Part shown: positions 28,975-41,600 of the stretch, piece by piece
Numbering within the stretch: the stretch's first letter is position 1
Layout: each line of letters opens with the position of its first letter
Origin: Klebsormidium nitens
Lineage: Eukaryota > Plantae > Klebsormidiophyceae
DNA length: 64,000 nucleotides
Direction of reading: 5' to 3'
NCBI GenBank assembly: GCA_000708835.1
Contig: DF237366.1
Location: 17,838 to 81,837 of the forward strand
Translations under genes and position numbers: made by a program
Notes under the pieces: model-generated
Database searches by the model: none
What the model was told of the DNA's origin: nothing
Seen by the model: only the letters and a program-made list of their open reading frames with translations

Positions 28975-30587
28975 TTCTCTTGGAATCTTTCAACACTGTG
29001 AGTCCAAATGGGATTGCCGAAGAACAGTCTGTTACGTGTACTTGGGGGTTTTAGGTCGAGGAGGCAGTCCTTAAATCAAACTTTGGTAGGAGGCAGCTCC
29101 GCGGCTCTCATGTGCTCTTGAGTATGGAATTCTACCAGGAGGCAATGTCCTGTGGTCACCAATGCAATGCTTTTGTGGGGCTCCTTCTGAGAAAGAAGTC
29201 TCTTTTAGCAATCTGTGTACCAAGACCAGGATATCTTTCCTCAGAGTAGGCCAGTGAACCAAAACTGAGGACCTGCAGGTCAAGAGTTGGTGTTCTGCAT
29301 CTTAATCAGCTGGTTGTACCATTTCGCTGAGCCTTTGATACTGAGCCACACAAAACAGTGTCACCGCATGTGCAAAACACGCTTAACTCACTGCACAAAC
29401 GACTTATCCCTGCAGATGAAGCTAGTGCTGTCAAACTCTTCAGTGACTTCCTTACCAGCGCCCTTAACCTACATCCGAAACTCCTCAAAATAGAACTGTA
29501 GAAACTTCCTACATGACGTCTGCCAAGTGCAAGTCCCTCTTGACATTACCTGGGACGCACCAGCAATGACATGACTTCTCAGTTCTTTAACGTTCCAGCT
29601 TTGTACGGTGCCTACAAGGTGATCTTATCTGATCTGATTATCTTACCAACTGCAGGAAAATTCTTCATACTTTCATCAATATTTGGCAAGAACTCTCCCC
29701 CCTTGTCCATGTGGCCCGGAAGGGGGGTGTCGAACTGGTAGCCTCACACTGTCACAGTCACCACCGAACTGTGCCTGTCACCCTCCGTTTGCGCAGGAGT
29801 GCTGATTGGTCATGAAGCGAGAGACGCGTGCAAGGAGATTTTGCTGGATTGGATTCCTTAGACCTGCATCATCCAGTCTGCAAACAGGACGACCTGATGG
29901 AAAAATGAGAGATACGCAATTCTGAGAATGGCTTAGAGCTCAGATGTTGGTGAAACGATTAAACCAACCCCAAAGGCTATAATGGATGCAGGTATTGGGA
30001 CATTGAAGGGCCAGCTGCCGAATCACTTTCATGTGTACAGAGCCTGCGCACATGTCTTTATCTGGTGCATTCTCCTCGATCCAGCGCATGGGGCGCATGA
30101 GGAATATAAACAGTGCACACTGCTAAGTATAGCGCCTGCGTAGAGCTCATAGTAGTGTATCCTGGTATAGGTATACCTAATGCGCTTTAGTCACAGCTCA
30201 CACAACGTGCACCCATTGGCCAGTACGCAACGACTGTTTCCTATCACATGCCGTGCAGGCCATGGCCCATCAGAGCATATCGCATGGCTCTGTATTCATG
30301 GGGCGGCCGAGCCTTGATGATCCATGATGTGCAGCTTGCAGTTGGCGCGTGGTCGTACTTAAATAGTAATACCTGTATGTTGTTGTGCATCATGCTCGTG
30401 TTGAACATCATGTTCGCTTATAGCATGCCATATGGCAGCCGCCGACGTTATAAGCAATTGTGAACACTGTGTTGATTGCATGGCCCGAGGACTACGTTCT
30501 CGAACAGGTGATAATTGGGCTTACATGATCATAACTAATGCCAACGACTCACATCATGTAAAAGGTGCAAACTCAAATACCGACCTC

Positions 30588-33500
30588 TTACAGTCCAATC
30601 ACTGCATCGAGCTTTCGTTGCAGTTCAGCGATACTTTGTAGCTGAATGACTCCTTTGTCTTCATCATCATATTCTTGCTCAATGAGTGAAGCAATCTGCC
30701 CATGTGCCTCCAAGATGTTTGATCTGCAAAGGGCGATCACGTATTTATGTCAGCTACTCATATGATGCAGATAGGTACTCTTGAAACAAGCGGAGAAGCA
30801 TCCTGCCAGACAAGCTCCAACCTCTTGCAGGGGTTTACCGATGCAGATCGTCGAACACTAGCCACGATCGACAGCTGCCAGGTCTTGGGGACTCACTTGA
30901 TGGGCTTGAAGAGGATGGCCCGCGTGCTCACGTTCTGCAGGTACACCTTCATCTTGGCCACCACGGGAGGCAGCTCCGCCCGAATGGCCTCGTCCATCTG
31001 CAGCCATCCGCAGGGAACGAGCTCAGAAAAGCGACACGGCAGGTGGTATCAGCGCGGCAGTCCCTGTCTTATGATGTCCAGTGACCGCTTTCAAGAACGC
31101 ACCCTCGGATGCGAGACAGACGCCAGCGCAGCCCCGGCCTTCCCGCCCGCTCCTCACCTTGTCCATGATCTCGTGCACCTTGGCGGCCTGCGCAAAGGCC
31201 TGCGTGCGTAGCGGCACCGGGTCTCCCCCACTGGCGCTGACGGTCTTGACGGCGGTGACCTTGGTGATGAAGGAGAGCAGCGGCTCGATCATGAGCTTGG
31301 TGACCGCCATGATGAACTGCTCGCACGTCAGCTTCAGGTCCTTCTCCAGCTCCTGCACCGCACGCACACGCAGGGCCGTCACTCGCAGGCTCCGTCGCTT
31401 GACCACATGAAGCCAAACAACAAGAGCCAAAGACAAGGAGCTTGGCCAGTTAGAGGGCTCTGGATCCTCAGTGAGCGTTGAAAGCTTCGCACCATGCTGT
31501 CGACATGCTGCTTGGTATACTGGTTGATCAACAAAGGGGCTCACAAAGGTCAGCAGACAGCTCATGGAAGGTCGGAGATCACCTTTTTAGCATCAATCTG
31601 GTTCTCCACGACCCGAGGCGCCCCGCTGCTGAGCACTCGGACGAGGCCGTTGCTGCTGGAGAACGCGAAGATGGAGGCCTGGCCCCGCAAGATGCGCCGC
31701 ATGTGCTCCTGCATGCGCCGAGTAATGGCTAATGGTCCCGCACAGTAAAGAAACGAAGTATTCCCAACACACGGACTGAGCGATGCAGGCCAGATGTGAC
31801 CACCTCACGACATTGGAAAGCGTTCAGACTGATGCAGGCCGAGGAGTGAACGGTGAAAGAAGAGCGAGGTCAATCCGGTGTGCCTGCGATAAAAGAGGCT
31901 GGACTTACGAGCATGTGCGAGAAATCGAGCTCCTTGTATGTGACCGCAAAGTCGATGTCGAAGGGGGCGATCTGAAAGAGGAAGCAACGACGAGATGCGT
32001 CAGCAAAAGGGCCCTTGCTCGGCCACAGGATGCTGGAACAGGCCGACAGCAGGGGCATGAAAAGCAGCAGAGAGCGCACAATGCGTTTTGCACAGCGGCA
32101 AAGGACACGTTCCAGTGGCGGGTTGCGGCGCCGGACCTGCTCGCGCAGGATGAGCAGGTGCTTGACCACGAAGAGCTGGCCGTCCAGGCTGCCCGCTTTC
32201 TTGGCGATGCTCTTGCTGGCCCGCTGGATGGACATTGAACACAGGCTGATCGCCTCCTGCAGCAGGCAAGGGGGCCAGTCAGGTGTGTAGGAGGCAGCCT
32301 GTTCGTCTCTCCTGCAGAAGGGGCAGGCGATGGGGAACGATTTGTTCACAAGAGTCCAAAATTTGGAGGCCGGCCCGGCAGCGCATGGCGGCCGTGGAGG
32401 GCGGGTCACCTGGGCGAGGCCGGTGAAGATGTTGTGGTCGACACAGCGGTACAGCTTGGAGAGGCACGACAGCGTGCGCTCCAGGGGGGGGTACCACGTC
32501 GTGTACGCGTCCTGGCCGTCCTCGCCCGCCGCGCCCTCCTCCTGGATCTGCACGCACCGTGCACACGACGGCTCAGCTGAAAAGGGGTTATGCCGCGCCG
32601 CACCATAGGCACATCAGCACAGCGGAGCATAGCCGAGCGTTTACGGAAGCCCCAGATACAGACCCCAAGCGATGCGAAGAGGGGAGAACATGAAGCAACA
32701 GTCGCCTTCTTACCCGGAAGGACGGAAAGAAGCCGGCGAAGCTGGCCTCCGCTCACGAAAAGCGAGAGCCGAGAAAGGAACATAAGTCGTGACAAGGGGC
32801 GGTAAACCGAATTAGGTACTACACGTGGAGCAATGCAAGACGGCAGCTAGGGCGTTAAGCCAGACGGCGAGGTCGAAGCGAGCGCCCCTTACTTCCGATT
32901 GCGTGGAGGGCACTTTCTCGAGCTTGGCGGGATAGTCCAGGTCGTCGGGGGTCGGATTGTAGTTGGCAATCTGCAGCCCAGAAGGAGGCAATCAGCATTG
33001 AACTTGCTGCCTAAACTGCCGTTCTTGTAGCCTCGTACCGCATCAAAGAGCATGTCTACAGGCAGCGCTGGAGAATCGACCGACATGCATGTATCAGACA
33101 AGAGTAGGCAATCATCGGGGGGAAAGCTAGGGTCACGGGTTTGGGGTGTGCGCACCTCGTCGCGCATGTAGGTCTGTGCGCGGAAGGTGAGGCGCTCCTG
33201 CACGTCGGCGAGCGTGCGGTCCACGGTGGGCCGCAACCCGGCCACGGCCTCGCCCTTGCGGCCCAGCTGCTCGTCCAGCACCTCCGCCTTCAGAATGTCC
33301 ACCTGCACCACCGCCACACCGCGTCAGGGCAACTGCGAGCAGCGGCAACTAGCCGAAGCAAGGGGCAGGCACAAGGAACGGATCACTTCGTAATCTGAGA
33401 AACGACTGTCGTGTGTTGGTGATTTCAAGAACCGCTTCGCCCCAGGGTCCCGAAGGTAGAAACGTGATGTCGTCCTCGGAACCTGTGCTAGCGAGCGAGC

Positions 33501-36500
33501 CGCGTTTGACGATACTGCAAGACTTCTGACGTCCTCTTTGAGCGGCACACCGACCGAGAGGGAGTCTGCGGGGCGGTGGGATGGCCCCGGGCAGAAAGAA
33601 GATGCGGGACCGGCACAAAAAGACGCGAGGTCAAAGGCTTGGCACGGACCAGCTCGCAAAGGAGGTCGAGGTCGGCCTCGTGGATGAAGCGCGGGCGCAG
33701 CGTGTCGTAGAGCACGGTGCACAGGGGGTCAATGAGGGGGGCCAGGTTGGCGGGCTCCGCCGAGGAGGCAGGGAAGAAGTGGTCGAACAGCTGGTGCTCC
33801 AGCTGGCACACCTGCACGACACCAGATAAGGGAGGACCCTCAGTCAGGATGAGACTCGTTAGAGACCCAAAAGCCCAACGGTCTTTGTCATCTCAGAATG
33901 TAACACGAAACAACCGAGACGAGAGACGGCTGACAGGGGGCACACGCTGACGCCGACTCGCAACGGGGATGGCGAGGAGCGAGGAGCCAAGGCGGTACCG
34001 GACAAACAGATCCGCGAGACAAAGTGCGGGCTACAGACATGCTGTATACTGAGTTGAGGGGAACGATGGCGAGCACCGAGAGTACGTTCGGTGAAAGGAC
34101 GAGGAGATTGCACGGACTCTTCAATTCACTGAAACGCTGCAGCGCTTTATTTCTGCACTTGTCAAGGGCCGTAGAGGGTAAGACAAGCAACCAAAGAAGT
34201 TGCAAAGGAGTGCTCGAACTAAGTGAATACGTCTTGATTCACACCAGCCAATGTAGGTGCGGTCAAGATTATCAAACAAGAGATTCTTGACAAGATTATT
34301 TTAAGTTCAAGCCACGCTTGGCAAACGCGGAGCCGCTGAGTGGAGGGGTCCGTGTGCCTGACCTGCATGAGGTACGCGCACCCCGAGCGCGTGAGCGAGG
34401 GCAGGCTTTGCGCCTTGGCGTACTCCGTGATGCGCTGCTGGACCACGCCCGCCACCTGCAAACCACACGCCCGTCAGCGCACCATCCGGTGGGAAGAGAC
34501 AAGGCCTCGAGCCGACGGAAACCTTTCGATGGGAATTATGGCCGAGAGAACACAAATAAACGACCATCCTTGGCAGCCAGTGTGTGCAGTGTTGCCAGCC
34601 AGCGGCGGTGCTGCGGGTGCTGACCAGTGCAAGGCGCTGCTCGCAGTAGAGGCCGTGGCAGTCGGCGAGCAGCTGTTGGTACTCCTTGCGCGCTGCGCGC
34701 GTCTCCATCTCCTCCATCAGAGCCTTCAACTGCACACCAAACACCATGGGAGTCACGCAAAGTGAGGGCGCTGATTGGCAGCGACTTTCGGCGCGTTCAC
34801 TGGCAGAGGCGAGTTGCTTGGACGGGAGCGCAGCGTGCTTTCGACCAAGCGTAGTATCCAGGCCGGGACATGCATGATCCCGGGACCTACCGAGGGGGCG
34901 GCCGCTTTGAATCGGACGTACAGCAAGGACGTCTCCGCCCCCTCGGCCACGTTGGCTGCCCTGCCCCCTTCGCTGCTGGAGGCGCTCTCCTTGATCGCCT
35001 GCTGCACCTGCGCACGCACATGGCAGCCGCTCATTTCGAGGCGCCAGCTCGGGGACTCAGCGAATCCGAGTAGCACGCACAGCCCAAAGTAAAGAGCAGG
35101 AAAATGCATGCTGACGGCAAGTCGTACAAGCAGACGAAAGGTCATGCCGTCCAACTGAGGGCGATTGGCATGCTGTACAAATGGAGGAGGGTTGGCCGTG
35201 TTTCAGGGTCGACTTACCTGTTGGGAGGCATGGCGCAGCACAGACAGCACATGCGACCGCACCGTCCCCAGCGCCCGAGACTGCAGAGAAACGATCACCG
35301 TCATCAAAAGTGACCCTGGCACGCTCTCCAACATAAGCACTGGCAGTTTCGTCGTTCGAAAACAGGTTTTGGCAAGATTCATGCGATCCGAGGCTAGCCA
35401 AAAGACACAGGAATACTCAGAGCCAGAGGGTGGTAGGAGTGTTGATCCAGCGCACCTGCAGTTGCCGGAACTTGACCAGGTACACAGCGGAGTCGGCGTA
35501 CTGCGGATTGCTACCGACATACCTGCAGCAGAAACGCAGACGAACATGAGACAAGGGCCATCAAATCCCAGGACACTATGTCGCAACTCAGATGTACACA
35601 TGAGACCAACGAAAAGACAAAGTTGAGAGATAAGCTGTCAGCAGGAAAGGGAAAGGCATCCCTAGCACCACTGTTCGTTTGTTGCGATATTGCTTACGCT
35701 ATACATTCGTCCAGTCGTTTGAGAAGAGGGAGGAAGTGGGCGTTGTTGACCGTCAGATTGGGCGAATGGAATTGCGCTGCAACCTGCAAACATAAGAAGA
35801 GCTCGAGTAAGCAGACTGGCAGGTCGGTTACCAAGCCGGACAGGAAGCGCTGGGGGCTAGCGAAGGGCGAGCCTTGGTGGAGGCCACAGGGCGAGCCCTT
35901 AGAATTCGGGTCTAGGCCCAGCCTGCCAGCTTCAATGGCGGCGAGCTGACGATGATAAGAGACGCCGCCGTCGTGACCAGGGAACTGGAAACGCCGGTCT
36001 GAACTCCCTTCGTCTGACATTCTGCAGCACCGTCAGCTGATTGCACAGCCTAAAACTTCGAGTGTGGATCATGAGCTGTTTTAATTTTCAACAGTGGCGT
36101 CCAACCATCCTTGACATGCAATCGAAGCTGGACATACCGTCTCCAGCTCATCGAAGTAGTTGAGCTTGGTGCGCAGGGCGTCTGCAAACTCGACAAGGCG
36201 TTCCTTCTCCTGCACAAGCCGCTCGCAAGCGTCGTGCAGGGTCTGCGTCTTGGTGGCAACCGCTGCGTGCTGCGCCTGCAGGTCGTCAAACAGGCCCAGC
36301 GTCTCGTCTACCTGCAAGGGGGCACAGCGAAGGCAATCGGCAGACTAGCAGGGGGGGGGGCGGTGATCCGCACGGAGAGACTTCAGTATGAAGCTCGATC
36401 TTTATCTGTGACGGCACTTTACTGCCAGTCTGTCACAACCACAGACGGCGAAAGAGTTGGACTTAAGACATTGAGGAGTTGACTGCAAGTGGCTAAAGCT

Positions 36501-37801
36501 GCAGGTCCCAAACTGACGTTTTTTCTACATCAAACAGGGCTGTACTCTAAGCCATCATCTCTTACCTGAGCCATGATGTCATCACAAGTTTTGAGATGTG
36601 TTGTCAATGTGTCCACATACCGCCGGTACTTCTCTTCCATCTGCACCAGAATGACACATTCAGTATAACATTTTCAAGCTGCCATCTCCTTGACCCTCTT
36701 TTCTTCATCAAGCGCAGTGGGCACCATTGATGACATATGGGGAAATCCTTGCAAAAGCGCAGTGCTACGGCCTCAATCGCTGATAGCTGCCATTGTGAGA
36801 CGGGATGAGGGGAGTGCAAGGGCCCTACCTCAAAGTTCATTGTTGATTCCAGTTCTGAATACCATTTGTAGAACTGCAGGGACATAGAGGAGCACGTTAG
36901 TAAACCAGACGGAAGTCACATCATTGACATCTCAGATCAGAAATGACGTAACGCTCACCTTGACCTTGCGACCTTAGAATATAAGGGTGCTAGTTGTCAG
37001 GTCCAAGTCCCAACTGTCTGCAATTGGCTTCGAACCTTCCAGTATCTTGGCACACTTACAGTAGGCAATCAAGGACAGAGATCTTGGAGTACCTGGTGTG
37101 TGTTGTGTAGGATGGAATCAGAGGTGCTGGTCTCCCCAGAGCTTGAGTCTCGAGGCCGTCCATTCGCATCTGATGCTTCGGGGCCCTTTCCAGCCTGCAC
37201 CTCGAAAGCAGACCTTTTTATTAGAGAGATTCGTGAATGTTTTTGAAGCAACAAACTCATGCCCCTAGCAAGCCTTTGACTTGATTCAGGAAAGAGGGCA
37301 AGTAGGAAGTTGATCAGTCAAAAGCAGTATTCTTAAGGAAGTGGTGCTCCACTGGGTCCTCACCACATGAGGGGGCAGTGGTCGCTCCGCAGATGCTTGG
37401 GCTAGGAGCGAGATGATTGCCACCTGGTCGTCAGTCAAAGGGGCATTCTACAAAGAACCAGAAACCAGATGCTGCTCAGCAATGGGTGTCAGAAGCAAGG
37501 ACATAAAAGCCTAGAAAAGGTTATGAGCAATTGCAGGAAAACTTCTACATACTCAAGTGCTCCTCATAAAAGCAGACTGCCGGCAAGTCCCCACATTGCA
37601 GATCGAAGACATCAGCTCTTCCTGAATGCAGGATATAGAGATTATGTGTAGCCTACATTTGGCTTGCAGAGGAGCATTGGAACCTGTGCCTACCTGTTCC
37701 CACGTGGATGCAAAGTTGTAGCCTTTGGAGACTGCTGCTGCCCGGGGAAAGCTCTGATGGGTCTCTCCTCGCAAACTCCCTGCAACGCCTGTCTCAGCCA
37801 T
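30588..37801 (-). CDS. COG3: Conserved oligomeric Golgi complex subunit 3 (Sec34); about 22 exons
   Basis: [12 protein letters not shown]|NAPLT...; FYKWYSELE; [36 protein letters not shown]; [15 protein letters not shown]; [18 protein letters not shown]; [17 protein letters not shown]|IAPFDIDF; [25 protein letters not shown]. The last exon ends KLDAVIGL* at 30588. Confidence 0.95.
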
Positions 37802-38694
37802 GGTCTCAAAGACTCCAAACTGAATCCAGGCCCAATGCGCCTTCTCTCTAGGCTTTATGCCTCTTTGCTTTTCAAGCGGGAGAAGTCATGCCACACTGAT
37901 TGGACACCACCACCTTTCAAAATCCTTGCGCTTCTAGAAGAGATCCTATTGGAGCTGCCGCATGCTCTAAATTGACGACTTTGCAGCTCTACGCCCAGGG
38001 CCCTAACTTTAATGGAAGAAGACGCTGCCAGCGACACCCATCTCTTGCTTCGGATCTAGCCGCTATGCGCATTTGCGTCCCGGAAACTGCGCACAGTGCT
38101 CATGCTTGTCGAGACCGTGGCCCGTTACCTTTAACATCATTCTGTCAAACCGAGAGGTTTTGCTGCCGTCTGAATCTACGTCACTTGATCACAATGTATT
38201 TAATAAAATAGGGGCAATCCCAGGAAATCCGTGCCAACAGCCTTCGTATCTAATACAAAAATAGGGAGCGGACTGGGAGGTATCCCGCAGGTACTGTGCC
38301 GGGAAAATTCTACGTGGTTATCGCACCTGAAAACCGTTGGGTTGCGAATCGGGTTTTGAAAGTTACCACTGACGATATGCATCATGTACCTACTTACGGC
38401 TCGCCATTGCGCCAGCGCGAGCCTGCCAGTGCAACCTAGGCCCAGGGAAAATTTTGAGCGCTTGCAAACAGTGCGCAGCAGCTAGGGAGGCGTTCTGGAG
38501 GGTCTAGCGTGAAGTCATAAGCATTGGCGCTAGCAGGTTCTTGTGAAGCACAAAAGCCATTCTATTGCGTAGATAGACTGAGTACAGCACCTGGAAATTG
38601 ACTGACAACAACCAACGACGTTGAGGCAAATACTGCTTTGCCAGAAAAGAGTGGAAGCATCTGAGCTATTCTAGGTGTTATACCACCAGGGAGT
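37802..38694. promoter_or_regulatory. Putative bidirectional promoter of COG3 and RIK
   Basis: 893 bp between divergent ATGs, with TACCTAC at 38387-38393. Confidence 0.55.
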
Positions 38695-41600
38695 ATGGAA
38701 CCCAAGCAAGACAGGTACTTATATGGGTGATCGTGTTATGCTCGCGTGTCCTTGCTTCTATAGACCTCATGCTTCGCCATATTTCGTCATCACTGCAGAG
38801 ACTGCAGTATCTAGTATAAGCAGCTCCATCGTGTCATTGTGATTGCCAGGTCGCTGAATGCATCTTACAAGTGATTGAAACAAAACCTTAGACTAGTGTC
38901 ATTATCCATGTCGGTGGTCTCACAATGTGTCAACATGCAGCACATTGACCATGCCCTTTTCACCATATGCGTCTTCTACAGGAAGAAGCGCAAGTGGGAT
39001 GTTCCGGGGACTGCTCCTGCTCCTGTTGCGGGGGTTGCCCCCAGCATCCTGGGCCAACCGTTTGGTGCAGGGCCGGACCATGTTGCTGCGGCGGCAGCCA
39101 GCCAGTTGCTGCACAAGTATCCCCAGCTGGCTGTGCCTCAGGCGGTTCCCATGGGGGTGCCAGGCAGCTCCGCCGCAGAGGAGATACGGAAAAAGATCAA
39201 CCAGGTGGGTTGCACGACAAGTGGGGCACAGGCAGGGGTGCCCAGCAAAGTTTCTTAATTGCTTTCATCAGCGATGGGCATTGTACGGACACCATTATCA
39301 CAGTCTTCTGCTCGGGGAGGGTTGCTGAAGGGCTTCCACCCTGGGACAGGTTTCTGCCTGTTCGGTGCGTGCCGTATATTGATGCCAGAATGGTCATTTC
39401 TCTTTCTTTGGGCCCCTCACAAGGTGTCTCTTGGCGTGACCTTGACACACGGATCTCCTCCTTCTGCTGCAGACGTTGATGCAGCGAGGTCTCATTCCTG
39501 GGGCCAAGGTGGATGACAGCGCCGCAGAGAGGGAGATTGTGATCAACGATGCTCCCACTGCGATTCGGAGCCAGCTGACACGGCGGCCTGTCCAAGAAGA
39601 GGTGAGAGCATCTTGCCAATGCTGGCCTTACACTGCCTGAGGGTGTATCTTTCTTGCGCTTCTTATGTGAGGACAGATTTTACAGGAATCAACAATGCCC
39701 CACTCTTGCTCTATGCAAGCAGATGCAGAGTAGTTGATGTCCTAGCCGCTTGGAGTCCTGTGGCTGACAGGCTAGTGATTTTTGCTGCAGATCCAAAGGG
39801 AGACCGGGTCGGTGATCATCACAAGGTGCGTTTCTCTAGTGTTGGCTGGCAAGGCGGAGGGCAGATGGTAGCGACCCCATTGCTTACCATTGGCAGTACT
39901 TGAGCATGTTTGTTGAAGGTTGATGTTGAAGAGCTTTGTGCATTCCTAGTGCTGCCTGTTTGACTGGAGTGCCTGAAAGCTTGTTGACTGGCGTGTATCA
40001 ATGGTGGGGCTAAAATTGAATACAGTGTAGACCTGCTTTCAGAGCAGGCAAAGAGCAGTTTGGGCAGTACTTGCCGTGGCACGGTGCTGGCCAAGTGCTT
40101 CGAGAAACAGATATGAGAAGACAAATCTGGGACAATCAGGTCCTAATCAATGTGTCCCATCTCGCATTGCATCACGAGTCAGTTTTTCTCACCCTTCACA
40201 CCCGCATTGAGACCAGAAGTGCGTTTTGATTGAACGAATGTAATCGAGTCCGTTGAAACACCTCCTCCGTACAGGTCTTACGCCCTGGCGCACCCCCCCG
40301 TAGTGCTCTGCAATCAGATGACCCTCTTTCTTTCTTTTGCGTCATTGCAGAGGTCGATACAAGGCCCCGGGTGCGCCATTGGACCCCAGCGAAAAACCGC
40401 TGCACCTGCACATATCTCCTGGTGCACACGTGAGTCTGTGGCAGGCAGTGGGACAGGGGCCCATGCCGCCCAGCACTTTCAACCAGCGACAGCCCCCTCC
40501 CTTTTCCTCTCCTCTTCCCAGGTCGACAGGTGGATTAAGAGGTCGACCGGTCCCTACCGACATGGCAAGGCCGCGACTGGCAAGCAACGGCACGGACCGC
40601 CAAGGACAGTTGCTTGGTTTCTTCGTGATGCAGACGCCCAGAAACTGGGGACTGTCACCGATTCGATTGCAGTTGACGAAGGGAATTTTTGAAGCGCTGG
40701 CTAATCATCCTCTGTTGACAACGATTGTTCCCATCATTCTAACAAACTCTGGCGCAGGCAGTGTGCTGGCTGTCAGGCTTAGCCCGGTTGCAGCTTGCTG
40801 CCACCCGATCGCCGCACCAGGTTCAACCAGGTTTTCTGCATCTTGATGAAGAGAAGCCTTACTTGTTACGCCCCTGTGCTTCAAACTGGTCAAATATAGG
40901 TTTTGGAGCGGCGGCAATGCTGGGACCTGATGGAATTTTGAGCATTCTTTCTTCGATTCCATGCGCGACGGCGGGCTTTCCTTTCTTACACCCCACATCT
41001 GCATTTATTCTTTTCAGACAACCAGGCTCTTTCTTACACACCCACTCTTAAACATCCCAAAACGACAGCATGTCTTAGTCAAACAGCAGGCAATTCCCCT
41101 TCTGTGCAGCTCCCGAATGAGATCGCGAAGCAGCGCGCCATGGAGCATGCCGTCACCATTGTGGAGGACATCCTCAAGGGGGGGCCAGGCCTGCGGCCGC
41201 GCCAGGGTCTTGTGAAGCCAGTCACGGTCAGGACGCAGCAGCACCCCATTCAGTAGTGCATTTAGCTTGTTGCTCTTTGCAATCTCAGTTGTTTGCACGT
41301 GCTTTGACAGCTTTCTTGTGGGGCCTCATCTCGACTTTGGTGTCTGACTTCCACCCTTGATTTCGTATGCAGGCAATGCACACCCTCTTCTTACATGTGG
41401 GCATTGAGGCAGATGCAGGGTTTGGCCTCGCAGCTCGGATCCGTGGACCCAACGTAAGCAGGAGGCTCCGCCTCTGAAGTTGGTTCTCTTGCATTCACAG
41501 TGCGAGCTTGTGCAGTTTCGCATTGCTCTTTGGGGGTTGTGCGCTGCAGTGGTTTTGAAAAATGAGTTCGTGCCCTTCTTGATCCTTTCTTGCTCTGGTC

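Noticed and set aside
29400-29700. Fragment reading FFNVPALYG (actin-like FNVPAMY) and other protein-like snippets downstream of H3
   Set aside because: It is a seven-residue match, the surrounding frames contain stops, and there is no further actin similarity. A pseudogene cannot be supported without a search.
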